Shown here piece by piece: positions 54,301-64,000 of a stretch of DNA of 64,000 nt. A program made the position numbers and the translations under genes. The stretch is taken from the IMG/VR virus record IMGVR_UViG_3300020442_000008, positions 32,001 to 96,000 of that record, one strand, 5' to 3'. The stretch comes from a virus. The notes beneath the pieces are model-generated. The model ran no database searches and was not told the origin of the DNA. It was given only the letters and a program-made list of their open reading frames with translations. The first letter of the stretch is position 1, and each line of letters starts with the position of its first letter.

Positions 54301-57300
54301 TATGATGCAAACGGGTTTTAGGGATTTGGTGTTTTCTGGGGATGGCAGTTTCGCTGATCAGGATGGACTTAGTGATTATCATGAGTTTTATACAGAAAAC
54401 CCTCCTATTGCCGCTGCGGAGAATGAAGCTGCACCAGGTTACCAACTAGAAATAGAAAACAACAGTATCAAGGCTGTGATCAAGGATCCAGGTTTAGAAA
54501 CAGAGCGTAGGGTGGGAGTATTAACCAGTGTATCACAGACCCAAAGTTTGGATCGCGAAGAAGCAGAGGTGCTTGCGAAAGGTCTCGTTCCTGGGGAATT
54601 TAAATTAGGAAAAGAATTAAGTGAATCGACCCCTCAATATATAAATTTTTTAAACACTCCGTCTATTACTGATTCTATAAAGTGGGGGGATATTCAAAGC
54701 GGTATAAAGATTAATGGTGGTAGTGTTATTGAGCATGACTCTAAATTCTACTTCGTAAATTCTACTTTTATTAAGGGCAGTCAAAACTTGACTGATGTCG
54801 CAACTCTGGTTCCAGGCTCCTCGTCTAGTATATATACTGCAGACTCTTTCTCCCCAAGTTTGACACTCACTAAACAGTGGCAAAAAATGATTGAGTCCGA
54901 GTTTTACTTAGAGAGAGCAATAGATCGAAGCCCGACCTATTCTGTCGTGGGTAGAAAACTAGATTTTTCATTTATTGTTAAAGAAAGCGCGGATTCTTCA
55001 TTGATTAATTTATTCTTGTTTGGTTTTTCTGATTTTGTGCCGAGGTTCTCTATGAGTAATTTTAGAACTTATTTTGTAGATTCTGTGGCGACGATTAGTA
55101 TACAAAGGCCAATCAAAGATATCAGCGGCCAGTTGCTTGGAGAGGGTACGGCCAGTTGGTCTCAAGCAGATACAAAAGATACTCAAGACCACGTATTTAG
55201 ATTAAAAGAAGATATTCCTGACAAGGAAAATCCTAATATAGGAACCATTCCTGGCTTTAAGGATGAAACTTCTTGGGAATATATTGGAATGCCTCCTGAT
55301 TTATCGAATAATGCTTTTGATTGGTCGTTACCAGTATTAAATGAAATCAGTGAGTTTTCCGCAGGAGACGACCTGCTGACTGGATCCAGAACGCGTTCCA
55401 TAGGCTTTTTAACTTCTAATTCAGAAAGGTTTAGGCTTGTTTCTAGCGATACAATAGAAGACGTTTTGGCCAGATCTGATGCGAATTCTATTAATTTTCC
55501 ATGGATCAAAAGAGATTCACAAGAATCAGGCGGAACATATATATCTAAAACGGATCGGAATGGAGACTTGGTGCATCTTTTATGCCCATATAATTCAACT
55601 AATCAAGATCAATGGGGACCTAGTAATGTATCATCCGTATGGAAAAGCGTAATGAATTCAATAATCGGTGCATCAAATGTATCGCATTTACTAGATGCAT
55701 ACCTTACAAATGAATTAGATACTGCTCGCAGTTTTTCGGATGGCGCAGTAGATCTAACTCATATTCAATTTGTTATATCACCTGTAAGTGATATAATTTC
55801 CTCTCTTGAGGTTTGGGATGCAAGTAAGAATTACAATAATGGAGATGTCGTTGCCGTGCATCATACAAATTACCATTACGTAGATAAGTCTACAGGAAAC
55901 ATTAACTCACGAAGTAGTCAGTTTGGCAAGCTTTGGATGTTTGCAAAAGCAAGAAAAAATATAGTTGCAAATACAAACATTCCTTTGTTTGATGATAATG
56001 GAGATCCTGGAGCTGCTTTAGGAAAATCCACTTCAGAGCTTGCGACCATGGTTTTACCAATAGAAACAAAATACTGGGAATGTGCAACAGCGAGAGAGGG
56101 TACTGGTAAGGAGGCAGTGACTAGCGCTATTGGCTCTAAGAAGTTATCTAAATCTTACTACGGAACAGATTTGGATGTTAAAAGTTACGGCATCTCAATG
56201 GGTTCTCCAGACACTTACCAACAGAAGGACAGGGCGACGAAGACCACAGTCGCATACGTTCCTCAGCAAAGAATGATTTACAACAATAACGTAAACACCG
56301 ACTTTCAAAACGTTAATAATTTAATCTTTACCACAACTATATCTGAAGACGCCAAAATCGTAGGTAGACTTCCTGCGGAATCTATATTATATACAAACCA
56401 GGGAGGAACTTGGCCTGGTACAGTTGGGGATAAAGCTTCCACTTACTTATCTAGAGTTGATTGGGCGAACTTATATCCCGAGAATCAATTGATAAGCTTA
56501 TTTCTTCAAAGAACTGTAAATGCCGGAGCCAAATGGACAACCTGGCTAGACGCGTATGGTGAGTTGGCTTATGGAGAGCAAAATAAAGCCAAAGCATACG
56601 AGACGGTTACTTTTTCTCAAGGAGATGAATTTAATCAATTTCAAACGATTCCAAATGTAACACTTGGCGTTTCTAAAGACGACGGTACAACATTTTCTTC
56701 GTATGAAGCTTTTAGAAATTTTGACCCAAATTACCCCGTATTTCACAAGGGTTATACCGTACCTATTGGAATCAAAGCTTCAGTTACTAACACGGCAGGA
56801 TTGATCGTGAAGCCTTCGTCCACCGATGGCTCAAACCTTTATGGCTACGCCTCTTGTTTGGCTGGTCCTGGTGAAAGCATAGTAGGTGGGCAATACGGCA
56901 AAATTACATATGTTCACGAAGGTTCTGGCAGTGAAAATGTAAAAATTATGGATTCTTCAGGTAGTGTTATAAACAATGTGGAAATATCTGAAAGATTTCG
57001 ATCACTAGTGGCTGGAGATAAAAGCGGGGTAATAGGATATGGTCCAGAATGCTTAACTACTGAGTTCAATATTCATAGTATTTCTGGGATTGATATGGCC
57101 AATTTTACTTCAGCTTTGTCGGTTAAATTACCTGAAAAATGCGCAACTCGTGAAATTGCAGATTTATGTACGCAGAAGTGCGTACTGGTACTTGGAATAA
57201 GAGATGGAAACGATGGAACTACTCTAAATAGAACTAGATTTAAAAATTTTTATACTGGAAGTGGTATAAATTTTGAATTTGATAATTGGTTCGCAAGAAG

Positions 57301-60300
57301 AGATTCTAGTGGAAATTACAAGGATTCATTTGGAGAGTCCTGGCCAGATTCTATGAGGACACATGGCGAAGACGATGAAATCATAAAGGTTGTTTCCAAG
57401 CTGAATACAGTTTCAGAAGCGGTAACTGGACTTATTGATGTTTGTGGGGCAGGGGAAGCGGATTCTCATAAAGATAAAACGATAAAGTTGTCTGATACGG
57501 AAACTCATTATCATGGATTTGAGCAAGAGTTCTTGCCTTATGATGATATAGGCTTGGCGTATATAACTGAAATATTGAAGGGTGCTGGGCAATTTATCGG
57601 ATCGCAAGTCGGCGCAGGTTTTAATGCAAGTGGCACTTATATAGGTGGTTCAGGATTAACCCAGACAACCATGGCTACTGCAGAGTTTATGGCGATATCT
57701 CAGCCAGCATTTGAGGATGGGTTGATGCACGGAAAACCTCCTGGCTCGGATAAAATTTATTTTTATTCAAATTCAAATTATGATTTTAAACTTGATGTAT
57801 CAATTCCATCTCTTTTGTATAAAAAATATGTTAATAATGATGATCCTTCAGATGTGATTAATAAAAACTATTACGATACATTGTTTGATAGTAATTCTCC
57901 AGGAGGAGGAGATGCAAAAAATGATTTTTATGAAGAATACGTATTCTTGCCTGAATTTAAAATTTATTTAAATAATAATTTACAAAACACCTATAATCAG
58001 TCTAGTTCTGAATTTAGTGAAATAAATGGATATATAGGAAGATTTACTTTAAATAAAGCGAAATTAGGAAATCCTTCTAATAATAGTATTATTAAATTTA
58101 CTATTGATGACGGAATAACCTGTCCACATGGGGCTAATTTCAAAGAATTGAGTTTAACCGCCAAAGTTGTTCAGCCTCCGTCTTTTAGTGCAATGGAGAA
58201 TAATATCAATGGAAAGTTATATTATTATACAAACGATGATCATCTTTATTCTTTTGGCGTGGCTTTTCCGAATAGTAGCACCTTTGGTGGAAGAGTCGTT
58301 ATTAATGACGGCGTCTCAGGGGATCAATTTTTCGAATCATCCAGTGGAGCTCCGAATGTAGATTTCACTGGGCCTGGTGCTGGCTCAACGCAAGTAACTA
58401 TTACTGTAGATGATGGAATACCTTTTGGGTTCGGCAAGGCCAGAACGGGTGCAGCGGGACATAATTTAATTTACCCCTCTAATTTTGATCCTGTTCAGAT
58501 TTTTCCTGTTGCAAAAATTCCTGTTGGTGATATCTTTTTAACTTTGAGTACGACCGGAGATGGTTTTATAGCAAACAAGACAATCGGTACACCTCCAGAC
58601 ATAGAAGTTGTGGATATTATGAAGCAATATATTTATAATAAATATGACCACGAATACTCTGGACTCATTGCAAACATTCCCGCCTTTGCGGTTGATGATG
58701 TCACTGATCGAACGCATTTCGTGTCGAGCTCTTCAATTACAGGTGAAGCAGCGGGGTCTTCTACCCAATTAGCGCTCTATTTTAATCCGTTTTTCTTTTT
58801 TTCCGCGGGTCAGGGCCTAGTTACGTTAAAGGAAGATATGTTTCCAGAGGAGGAAGAGGGAATTCAGAATTTTACAATTCAAGACGGAACATTTTTAAGT
58901 TCACCCAAGTCTTCGGCGGTAGTGCAAATTCCGTATGTTAGAATAAATAGACCTCACGCAACGATTACTGGAATTGATTTTAGTGAAACTTTTAAACTTT
59001 GGAATGATTCACCATTGGTTGCATCTGGAGAATTCGAAATTGAAGGGCTTATTAGTTGCTCTGAATTTGCTAACATAAAGATCACAACTGATAGGGGCGA
59101 ATACAATCTTTCTGACGAAGATGGTTTGGAAAATCCTCCTGATGGTGGCTTTACAAATTTTAGGTGGAATTTTACTGATTACAATTTAGATTCTAGTATT
59201 AATGGCGAGGCGGATCTTATTGATGGATTGTATGTAACAATTTTAGATCGAAACCGAGGGACTAACGAAGGTACAGACACTTGGGAAACATATAATTATA
59301 CCACCTCAGAAACAATCGACTTGTTTCTTGATAGTAATGAATATAAAAGTAATTATGCAAGTGGAGACATCGTTACCACTGATCCGTTAAAGAGAATTAG
59401 GTTTAGCAAGAGCATTAGCGGAATTCCTCTTACCGTTCGAATACAGGACAATGTTTTGAAAGATAATGGAATCATTGAAACCAAGGATATCGAGCTACCT
59501 GGGCAGATGAGTGTTGCAAATATACCAATTTATAGCAAGCTTAAAAGTTTATTTAAGTATGAAGATCAGAGTGATAGCTTGATTAAAAATAGAATGGGTG
59601 GTCAGTTTAATATAGTTGACAAGGATTGGAATCCTGGATTTGCTTCGCTTGAAGACTTTCAAGTCCGAAGGTATTCTGCTGCAAATAGTGCTTTGCTTTA
59701 TTCTTCTTATACTGTATTAAGCTCTCTTCGAATTAATTATCATCATAGTGCAAATGTATCACGGACAAAAAATATTTTTGAAACCGGAAATAGGACAAGC
59801 TATGATGCACACGACGCTAGGATAGCTTATGATTCCGCAAGGCATGGTAATAATGAACCCAACGTATGGGCAGAGAATTCAGGCACCGAAGACTGGAGTC
59901 AATATTGCACCACTGCAATGTCAAATGGAGCGATCGATTTGTGTCCGAATGCTATGGGCGATTTAATTTGGTCAGATGATGCAAAATGGCTAAGGCATGA
60001 AGATGTCGACCCATCTTCCCCAACGTCGCCAGATGAAAGGGCTTATGACGATTTTGTAATTTGGCACCCTAAAGACCACAAGGGAGAAGATAACTGGGAA
60101 ATTGTTGGTAGGTCAGATAAAGATGATAATGATGAATCTTCCATGAGACTTCCTGATTGGGTGGGAGATGACGACGGTCTTGTTTCGTCAGATCAAGACT
60201 GGTTTTCTACAACAAGACTCATGGGGTGGCGTGTAACTTGCCCTCATTTGAGTTTTATAGGGAATTTGGCAAACTGCGCGCAGGATACAGAAAAGCGTTA

Positions 60301-62935
60301 TGTTCACCTTCATAAAAATGGATCTGCTGTCTGGGGAGGATTAAGCTTGTCAGATATCTGGAAAACTGACTCTTCAGGAGATACTTCGGAGAATTGGTTT
60401 GGTTATGATAGAAAATCATATATCGGATTGCAAACTGGGCAGGCCTCAAGGATCACCAAGTTTGTTTACGGTCTTTCTCCTGGGGTTACATATAGATTAT
60501 ACCTATCCGCAGCATACAGGCCTGATTATGGACCCTCAGGGGCTAGGGTTTATATTTGCGAACCTGACCAATCTCAATCCGAATCAGGCGATTTAAATAA
60601 TGAATTGATTGCTTATGGAGAATTTACTTGCAATGCTTCTAGATCTATAGATTATAATGCAAAAAATCATTTTGGCGGAAGAGGGGTTCAAACAAACTTT
60701 GTGAACAATAAACCTTTTTCTGGAAATACTGCCGAGGGCTCAACGACTATAACTAATGATAGCGAGGCAAATTTACATAGCAAGGTGGGGGAAGATGGAT
60801 TTAGATTATATTATGTAGAATTTACTCCCACTCTAGGATCTGGAGTAGTGGAAATAAGAATCGAGAATGCATTTGTTGATGGATTGTATAACGGCGTGGG
60901 CAGGGGTGATCTTTCAAGTTATGATTATACTTGGCAAGCTCCCACTCAAGGGCATATGTTTGATGTTTCTGAAGGATGGTTTTCTTCATCAAGGAAAAAC
61001 TGGACTGAGTATTCTGGCATTTGGGCGTCAAATGGAATACAAGGTAGTTCTGGAGATCAGACGGTTTTTATTGGAGATGTGTTTATTCGTTCGGTTAGGC
61101 CTCTTTACGTAGAGTCTTTAGAGTTTAATGCTTCTTGCGACCAAGGTGGTTACGAAATTATTGTTAAAAATGGAGACACTGAAAATTCTGCAATTCCGAA
61201 AACTTATTTAAGGAGTCCTGACGCCCATCGGGATATATTTAAGAAAATGGCGGATTCTGGATACAGCGGCCCAATCCTTGACATGTTTGGAGAAGATTAC
61301 GACTCGTTTGGGTGGTTTGAGAACGGCACCGATTACGAAGTAGATATAGTTCGCCCGCATCCATATTTATTAAATTGGGATCCTTTTGCAGTTGATGCTC
61401 AAAATTTTCCAGCAGTAGGATCAAGCCAGGGGTATATTGCTAAGAAGTTTATTCCAGATGTTTTTGGTGATAGCGAGCATGGCGTATATGATCTTGATGC
61501 GGTCGTCGATGAAGAGTCTGTTGAGGCACTTTACGAAATAATGCTAGGTAGAGCTTCCGACGAGGCCGGAAGGAATGCAAAAATCAACAGTCAAATGACA
61601 GTTGACGAAGTTATAACAGAAATGTTAGATAGCGCAGAATACGCAAGCAATAAAGCAAGTCTTAATCTTCCGGATGATCCTAGACCCGAAATGTCAAAAG
61701 ATAGACCCTTTCATCCAAATTTAATGCCAGGATTTTATCTAGGACACACATGCTTTTTTAGCGATGGAATATGGAGAATCTCTAAAGATCACCGAAAATA
61801 TTCTAACTCTGATTATACAAAGCGTAGGCCAGGCTACGATAATTGGAACTGGGCGGATGATTACGATGCTTATGTGCCTAAGTCAACCTCAGATAATTGG
61901 GAAAATATTAGTGATCTTAACGCTGCGCAAATCTTTTCTGATGCAGCTGCTGGAACTGGAGCGTATCACAATAGCTCGTTAAACTCGGTAAGAGTTTATG
62001 ACTCGTCTAAATTTACTGAGAGTGATAAAGAAATGATGTGGAGCGCCCATTTCTTGGATTCATTTTTCAGAAGACCCTTTGTTCAGGAACATCTAAAAGA
62101 GGAAACGATTGATTACATAGGAGACTTGGGAAGAATTAATAATTTTCCATATGCAATGCTTATTGGCGAAAACCCTCAAGCCCGAGATGAAGGTGATTCT
62201 TCAGAGCAGCCAGAATTTAGATTTGGAGACGTTTTTGAATTGGCCGCTTCTGATATCAATAAATGGACTAATGCTGACGGCTGGCTTCAAGCAACCATGT
62301 CCACTCCAACCGATGTTGAAAGACAATGGCATATTCCCCTTGGCTTCTTCTTTTCTCCTGTTTATTCTGGAGCTCTCAGTAAACTGGGAGGTATTTACTC
62401 GTCAAACTCAGATGCGGAATTTGTAATATATAAAGGCGGCTGGGGCCAAACCGTGGGTCCAAACTATCCAATTGTCCATGCGTCATTCTATGATTCTGCT
62501 ACGTCGCTATGGACGGCGCGATATGATCGTGAGGAATTTTTAATGGACCCAATCGGCGCAAGTCTTTCTAGTAGCGGTGAAGCTTTAAATGCAAACCAAA
62601 CCAAAAGAATGATAGGCAACTCAAAACATTCCGTGTCTTACGCTTTTGGGATCGGAACTGCCATCGAGTTTTCCTCAAGGGGAGAATCAAGACTTTCTAG
62701 AATAGAGCTTCCAATTAATATCGGTCAAAATGGATCGGGTATAGTTAGTCGTATTGGCGATAATTATTATGGCGGGGCGAATCCAGTTCCGCATTATGGC
62801 TTGGCACACGAAGTTAATAATGCGGGCTACTTTGATGATTACGATTCATATAATTCAATAACTGATAAGTATAAATATACCTCATCAAGCTTAAGCTTAG
62901 CTTTCAGCGGAAGACAGCGTAGAAATTTAATTTAA
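51392..62935 (+). CDS. Giant 3847-aa protein, probably virion/tail-associated
   Basis: Uninterrupted 11.5-kb ORF; W-x4-Y-x2-G-x2-V (CBM5/12-like) motifs, Gly-rich hydrophobic segment, DUF4214-like segment. Confidence 0.6.
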   Translation: MGGSGYQIHGLPGGYAPAISEKGVDIYGGPRGSLAGTLPSWIAWWTTGFRYQPGHIVYMPGVYERDYNVAGQVINQGSFSPGQAYDDGRGNLSYKRDELAWDQDIQVQSLQEGGDLTGGSMSRGAGSIKSEGAKQYFEYGSHTLWVKLFGGQDNAATNDSSLTKDADFFDVNKRRKNGWYCFYELMRETDPIVGGNLEIAFPGNYDIQSNQWDSNKKRYTVKVNNQETLKVVYGSWGEDLFRQIPCEPNSATEIAVFHDETILNMCDTFALLASTLAASKHLVNFVVCKSVLRSPGSLGEDESASPVEVAILPTDKITIGGNVLRSPQKVAIRDTVDNSFDKDSSFFENDSGSDEEITMLSAGYPGIMNPEALFHAARNADDFDAKISDIAKGNVVGSDVIVGEQILADSEQLYLDKIKFGKMPAYDPRFGEAATSLNSFISSVYNFSLPMSTSASIDFWEANILYKVGKVVRLSPNATEYNAAEAEKNFKDVVWVCKKEHTSGVFAGEKCPPLGSGGSRSVPEVFENTYWRSYGVLANQPNSSLLQLNDLYRDSEIFVPTINVTKSASENLNLGEADFSRSLLGSSRRIRMSEMSGGCRLYASLTISPAKKFDVKYYRKRNSWGRRRTVSFRFPPQRSDAAQADLWLYANNFRKDHAGSINFAVTFVEHTGFVWAQAKRRRGSFFGVLLGVAFAVVGILNPALFLTAGMQCAAWGFGGGLALGALGGAVGLGIGTALGASAEAVYANLGKGVGRKKAFTRQSFSKIVSKVAADAPSLDYVLQRGQSPDNGVVIGKNSSDVAQDMYDSSSDTKNENDIIRFNFGNLYPYLYESKHNNTIHVTGEYQFMIQDLNSAQTIKVDFKYEEISRRRSRNFNDSFGQTFSGYPRGTPESPHASASSTLYNAYVSAANDIISGSTSSGQNLKLIATRNYFNYLLIGQENVRDANDPLKALTMWSVDLSNAQFNALIGMMQTGFRDLVFSGDGSFADQDGLSDYHEFYTENPPIAAAENEAAPGYQLEIENNSIKAVIKDPGLETERRVGVLTSVSQTQSLDREEAEVLAKGLVPGEFKLGKELSESTPQYINFLNTPSITDSIKWGDIQSGIKINGGSVIEHDSKFYFVNSTFIKGSQNLTDVATLVPGSSSSIYTADSFSPSLTLTKQWQKMIESEFYLERAIDRSPTYSVVGRKLDFSFIVKESADSSLINLFLFGFSDFVPRFSMSNFRTYFVDSVATISIQRPIKDISGQLLGEGTASWSQADTKDTQDHVFRLKEDIPDKENPNIGTIPGFKDETSWEYIGMPPDLSNNAFDWSLPVLNEISEFSAGDDLLTGSRTRSIGFLTSNSERFRLVSSDTIEDVLARSDANSINFPWIKRDSQESGGTYISKTDRNGDLVHLLCPYNSTNQDQWGPSNVSSVWKSVMNSIIGASNVSHLLDAYLTNELDTARSFSDGAVDLTHIQFVISPVSDIISSLEVWDASKNYNNGDVVAVHHTNYHYVDKSTGNINSRSSQFGKLWMFAKARKNIVANTNIPLFDDNGDPGAALGKSTSELATMVLPIETKYWECATAREGTGKEAVTSAIGSKKLSKSYYGTDLDVKSYGISMGSPDTYQQKDRATKTTVAYVPQQRMIYNNNVNTDFQNVNNLIFTTTISEDAKIVGRLPAESILYTNQGGTWPGTVGDKASTYLSRVDWANLYPENQLISLFLQRTVNAGAKWTTWLDAYGELAYGEQNKAKAYETVTFSQGDEFNQFQTIPNVTLGVSKDDGTTFSSYEAFRNFDPNYPVFHKGYTVPIGIKASVTNTAGLIVKPSSTDGSNLYGYASCLAGPGESIVGGQYGKITYVHEGSGSENVKIMDSSGSVINNVEISERFRSLVAGDKSGVIGYGPECLTTEFNIHSISGIDMANFTSALSVKLPEKCATREIADLCTQKCVLVLGIRDGNDGTTLNRTRFKNFYTGSGINFEFDNWFARRDSSGNYKDSFGESWPDSMRTHGEDDEIIKVVSKLNTVSEAVTGLIDVCGAGEADSHKDKTIKLSDTETHYHGFEQEFLPYDDIGLAYITEILKGAGQFIGSQVGAGFNASGTYIGGSGLTQTTMATAEFMAISQPAFEDGLMHGKPPGSDKIYFYSNSNYDFKLDVSIPSLLYKKYVNNDDPSDVINKNYYDTLFDSNSPGGGDAKNDFYEEYVFLPEFKIYLNNNLQNTYNQSSSEFSEINGYIGRFTLNKAKLGNPSNNSIIKFTIDDGITCPHGANFKELSLTAKVVQPPSFSAMENNINGKLYYYTNDDHLYSFGVAFPNSSTFGGRVVINDGVSGDQFFESSSGAPNVDFTGPGAGSTQVTITVDDGIPFGFGKARTGAAGHNLIYPSNFDPVQIFPVAKIPVGDIFLTLSTTGDGFIANKTIGTPPDIEVVDIMKQYIYNKYDHEYSGLIANIPAFAVDDVTDRTHFVSSSSITGEAAGSSTQLALYFNPFFFFSAGQGLVTLKEDMFPEEEEGIQNFTIQDGTFLSSPKSSAVVQIPYVRINRPHATITGIDFSETFKLWNDSPLVASGEFEIEGLISCSEFANIKITTDRGEYNLSDEDGLENPPDGGFTNFRWNFTDYNLDSSINGEADLIDGLYVTILDRNRGTNEGTDTWETYNYTTSETIDLFLDSNEYKSNYASGDIVTTDPLKRIRFSKSISGIPLTVRIQDNVLKDNGIIETKDIELPGQMSVANIPIYSKLKSLFKYEDQSDSLIKNRMGGQFNIVDKDWNPGFASLEDFQVRRYSAANSALLYSSYTVLSSLRINYHHSANVSRTKNIFETGNRTSYDAHDARIAYDSARHGNNEPNVWAENSGTEDWSQYCTTAMSNGAIDLCPNAMGDLIWSDDAKWLRHEDVDPSSPTSPDERAYDDFVIWHPKDHKGEDNWEIVGRSDKDDNDESSMRLPDWVGDDDGLVSSDQDWFSTTRLMGWRVTCPHLSFIGNLANCAQDTEKRYVHLHKNGSAVWGGLSLSDIWKTDSSGDTSENWFGYDRKSYIGLQTGQASRITKFVYGLSPGVTYRLYLSAAYRPDYGPSGARVYICEPDQSQSESGDLNNELIAYGEFTCNASRSIDYNAKNHFGGRGVQTNFVNNKPFSGNTAEGSTTITNDSEANLHSKVGEDGFRLYYVEFTPTLGSGVVEIRIENAFVDGLYNGVGRGDLSSYDYTWQAPTQGHMFDVSEGWFSSSRKNWTEYSGIWASNGIQGSSGDQTVFIGDVFIRSVRPLYVESLEFNASCDQGGYEIIVKNGDTENSAIPKTYLRSPDAHRDIFKKMADSGYSGPILDMFGEDYDSFGWFENGTDYEVDIVRPHPYLLNWDPFAVDAQNFPAVGSSQGYIAKKFIPDVFGDSEHGVYDLDAVVDEESVEALYEIMLGRASDEAGRNAKINSQMTVDEVITEMLDSAEYASNKASLNLPDDPRPEMSKDRPFHPNLMPGFYLGHTCFFSDGIWRISKDHRKYSNSDYTKRRPGYDNWNWADDYDAYVPKSTSDNWENISDLNAAQIFSDAAAGTGAYHNSSLNSVRVYDSSKFTESDKEMMWSAHFLDSFFRRPFVQEHLKEETIDYIGDLGRINNFPYAMLIGENPQARDEGDSSEQPEFRFGDVFELAASDINKWTNADGWLQATMSTPTDVERQWHIPLGFFFSPVYSGALSKLGGIYSSNSDAEFVIYKGGWGQTVGPNYPIVHASFYDSATSLWTARYDREEFLMDPIGASLSSSGEALNANQTKRMIGNSKHSVSYAFGIGTAIEFSSRGESRLSRIELPINIGQNGSGIVSRIGDNYYGGANPVPHYGLAHEVNNAGYFDDYDSYNSITDKYKYTSSSLSLAFSGRQRRNLI

Positions 62936-62964
62936 TTTATAAAAACATATTCATATAATATTGT

Positions 62965-63777
62965 ATGGATCATATAATGCGAGGTTTATTAAATGCTAAT
63001 GTAGTGGAAGTGCAATATTTTAAGCTAGGCTTTTTTCCTACTCGAGGTCTTTTTACTTTAAATAAAAATTTTATTAAAGAGCCTGAGCGCTTAGACGATG
63101 TGGACGGGGATTCGTTCTTTTCTGCTTTTGATGTCTTAAGGGGTAGGGTCGTGAATTTTGATAGCGAAGAGCAGATTTTGTCAACTAATGTATTTAATCC
63201 TCATGGATTAGATCCAATGCAGCTATGGCAGAAGGGGTTCTCTGCAGATAAAAAAGATATTGAGCGGGCTATAGATGAATTTAGAGGCAAGCGCCTGCAA
63301 AGTATAACCAGTGTGGGAGATGTTTCTAAGTTAAGTTCAAAGAGCAAGGCAACGTTAGTGGACTTGTTTATGGCCACAGGAAATTCAATAACTGACCCAA
63401 TTGAGCTTAGTAGACATATAGAGGATATATATTTTGCTGACCCTACGATAAGAACAATGACTCAGATTAGGTATGGGTTTTTCTTTGCTATGGATTACGA
63501 CTGGAAAAGCGAGAAGGAAGCTTTAAGGTTTGCTGCAAAAAAATGGTTTTCATTAATAGATGTATACAAAGAGCTGTTTCTACAAACCGCATCCGATAGA
63601 ACAATAAAAAACATTGAAAATATAAAATACCCAGACGCTGATCAATTTGATACTTACGAGAAAATAATAGACTATTGGCCTTACGCTTTAACTCCAAGGC
63701 CAGTTGAGATATTAGAATCTCACCTGGTCGCGATTTATGAAACTAGCGAATCAACCCTCTCGGATAAGGCTTCGTAA
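62965..63777 (+). CDS. Hypothetical protein
   Basis: 270-aa ORF directly after the giant gene; C-terminal YWPYALTPRP. Confidence 0.6.
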   Translation: MDHIMRGLLNANVVEVQYFKLGFFPTRGLFTLNKNFIKEPERLDDVDGDSFFSAFDVLRGRVVNFDSEEQILSTNVFNPHGLDPMQLWQKGFSADKKDIERAIDEFRGKRLQSITSVGDVSKLSSKSKATLVDLFMATGNSITDPIELSRHIEDIYFADPTIRTMTQIRYGFFFAMDYDWKSEKEALRFAAKKWFSLIDVYKELFLQTASDRTIKNIENIKYPDADQFDTYEKIIDYWPYALTPRPVEILESHLVAIYETSESTLSDKAS

Positions 63778-63998
63778 CCCGCGTTCCAAAACCTTACTCC
63801 TCCTAGAAAATACTTCTGAAAGTTTTTTTCACTTAAATTTTTATCAAGACAAATTATGTTATCCGTTAAGCTAAAAAGGTTATTTGCGTCGTTTTTCGGG
63901 CGACCGCTATACATAATACTTGTTGCTGGAAACTTCTTCATTAGTTTGTTTATGTCTGTTTTTTTCTCAGAAAATAGACCTAATCTATCCAGTAATTC
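63735..63998 (-). CDS. Partial hypothetical protein running off the window end
   Basis: Frame open from the window edge (ELLDRLGLFSEKKTDINKLMKKFP...) to the stop at 63735. Confidence 0.5.
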   Translation of the reverse strand, partial: ELLDRLGLFSEKKTDINKLMKKFPATSIMYSGRPKNDANNLFSLTDNIICLDKNLSEKNFQKYFLGGVRFWNAGYEALSERVDSLVS

Positions 63999-64000
63999 TT

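Noticed and set aside
51491-62426. Many short ORFs inside the giant gene (and antisense ORFs inside fcl, DUF1549, rIIA, DUF932)
   Set aside because: Shadow frames of well-supported CDSs without motifs or promoters
1-64000. Alternative genetic code
   Set aside because: Conserved genes and the 11.5-kb ORF are intact under code 11, all three stops terminate genes, and no suppressor tRNA is present

Overview
AT-rich, densely coded segment of a large dsDNA bacteriophage genome. Evidence: rIIA/rIIB pair, ATP-dependent DNA ligase, UvsE, RuvB-like ATPase, three tRNAs, Hsp20, dozens of tiny ORFs, a 3847-aa probable virion protein, and no cellular housekeeping operons. The host is probably a PVC bacterium, possibly a marine Verrucomicrobium/Opitutae; this is inferred from a DUF1549/DUF1553 + DUF1501 gene pair and an Opitutae-like Trp-rich domain. 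Layout: 0-11 kb glycan and host-derived auxiliary genes plus tRNAs; 11-40.6 kb + strand early/middle genes, mostly driven by individual sigma70-type promoters that appear to give leaderless mRNAs; 40.75-46.5 kb - strand microprotein region converging on the former; after 46.7 kb Hsp20, glycosyl/methyltransferases, a GNAT-like gene and the giant protein. The most unusual signals: (1) eight dispersed ~80-bp elements, each two 25-bp imperfect palindromes with IHF-like halves (exactly 55 bp apart in 7 of 8) around a mostly GC-rich core, symmetric about the strand switch and next to promoters; (2) a tandem pair of 7-codon 'KIPN-stop' minigenes each followed by an identical structured RNA; (3) a phage-borne ACP + ketosynthase pair; (4) a boxA-led structured ncRNA unit; (5) MraZ-type boxes in an AT-rich island; (6) a sigma54 promoter on hsp20. 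All family assignments come from motif recognition by eye, not database searches.
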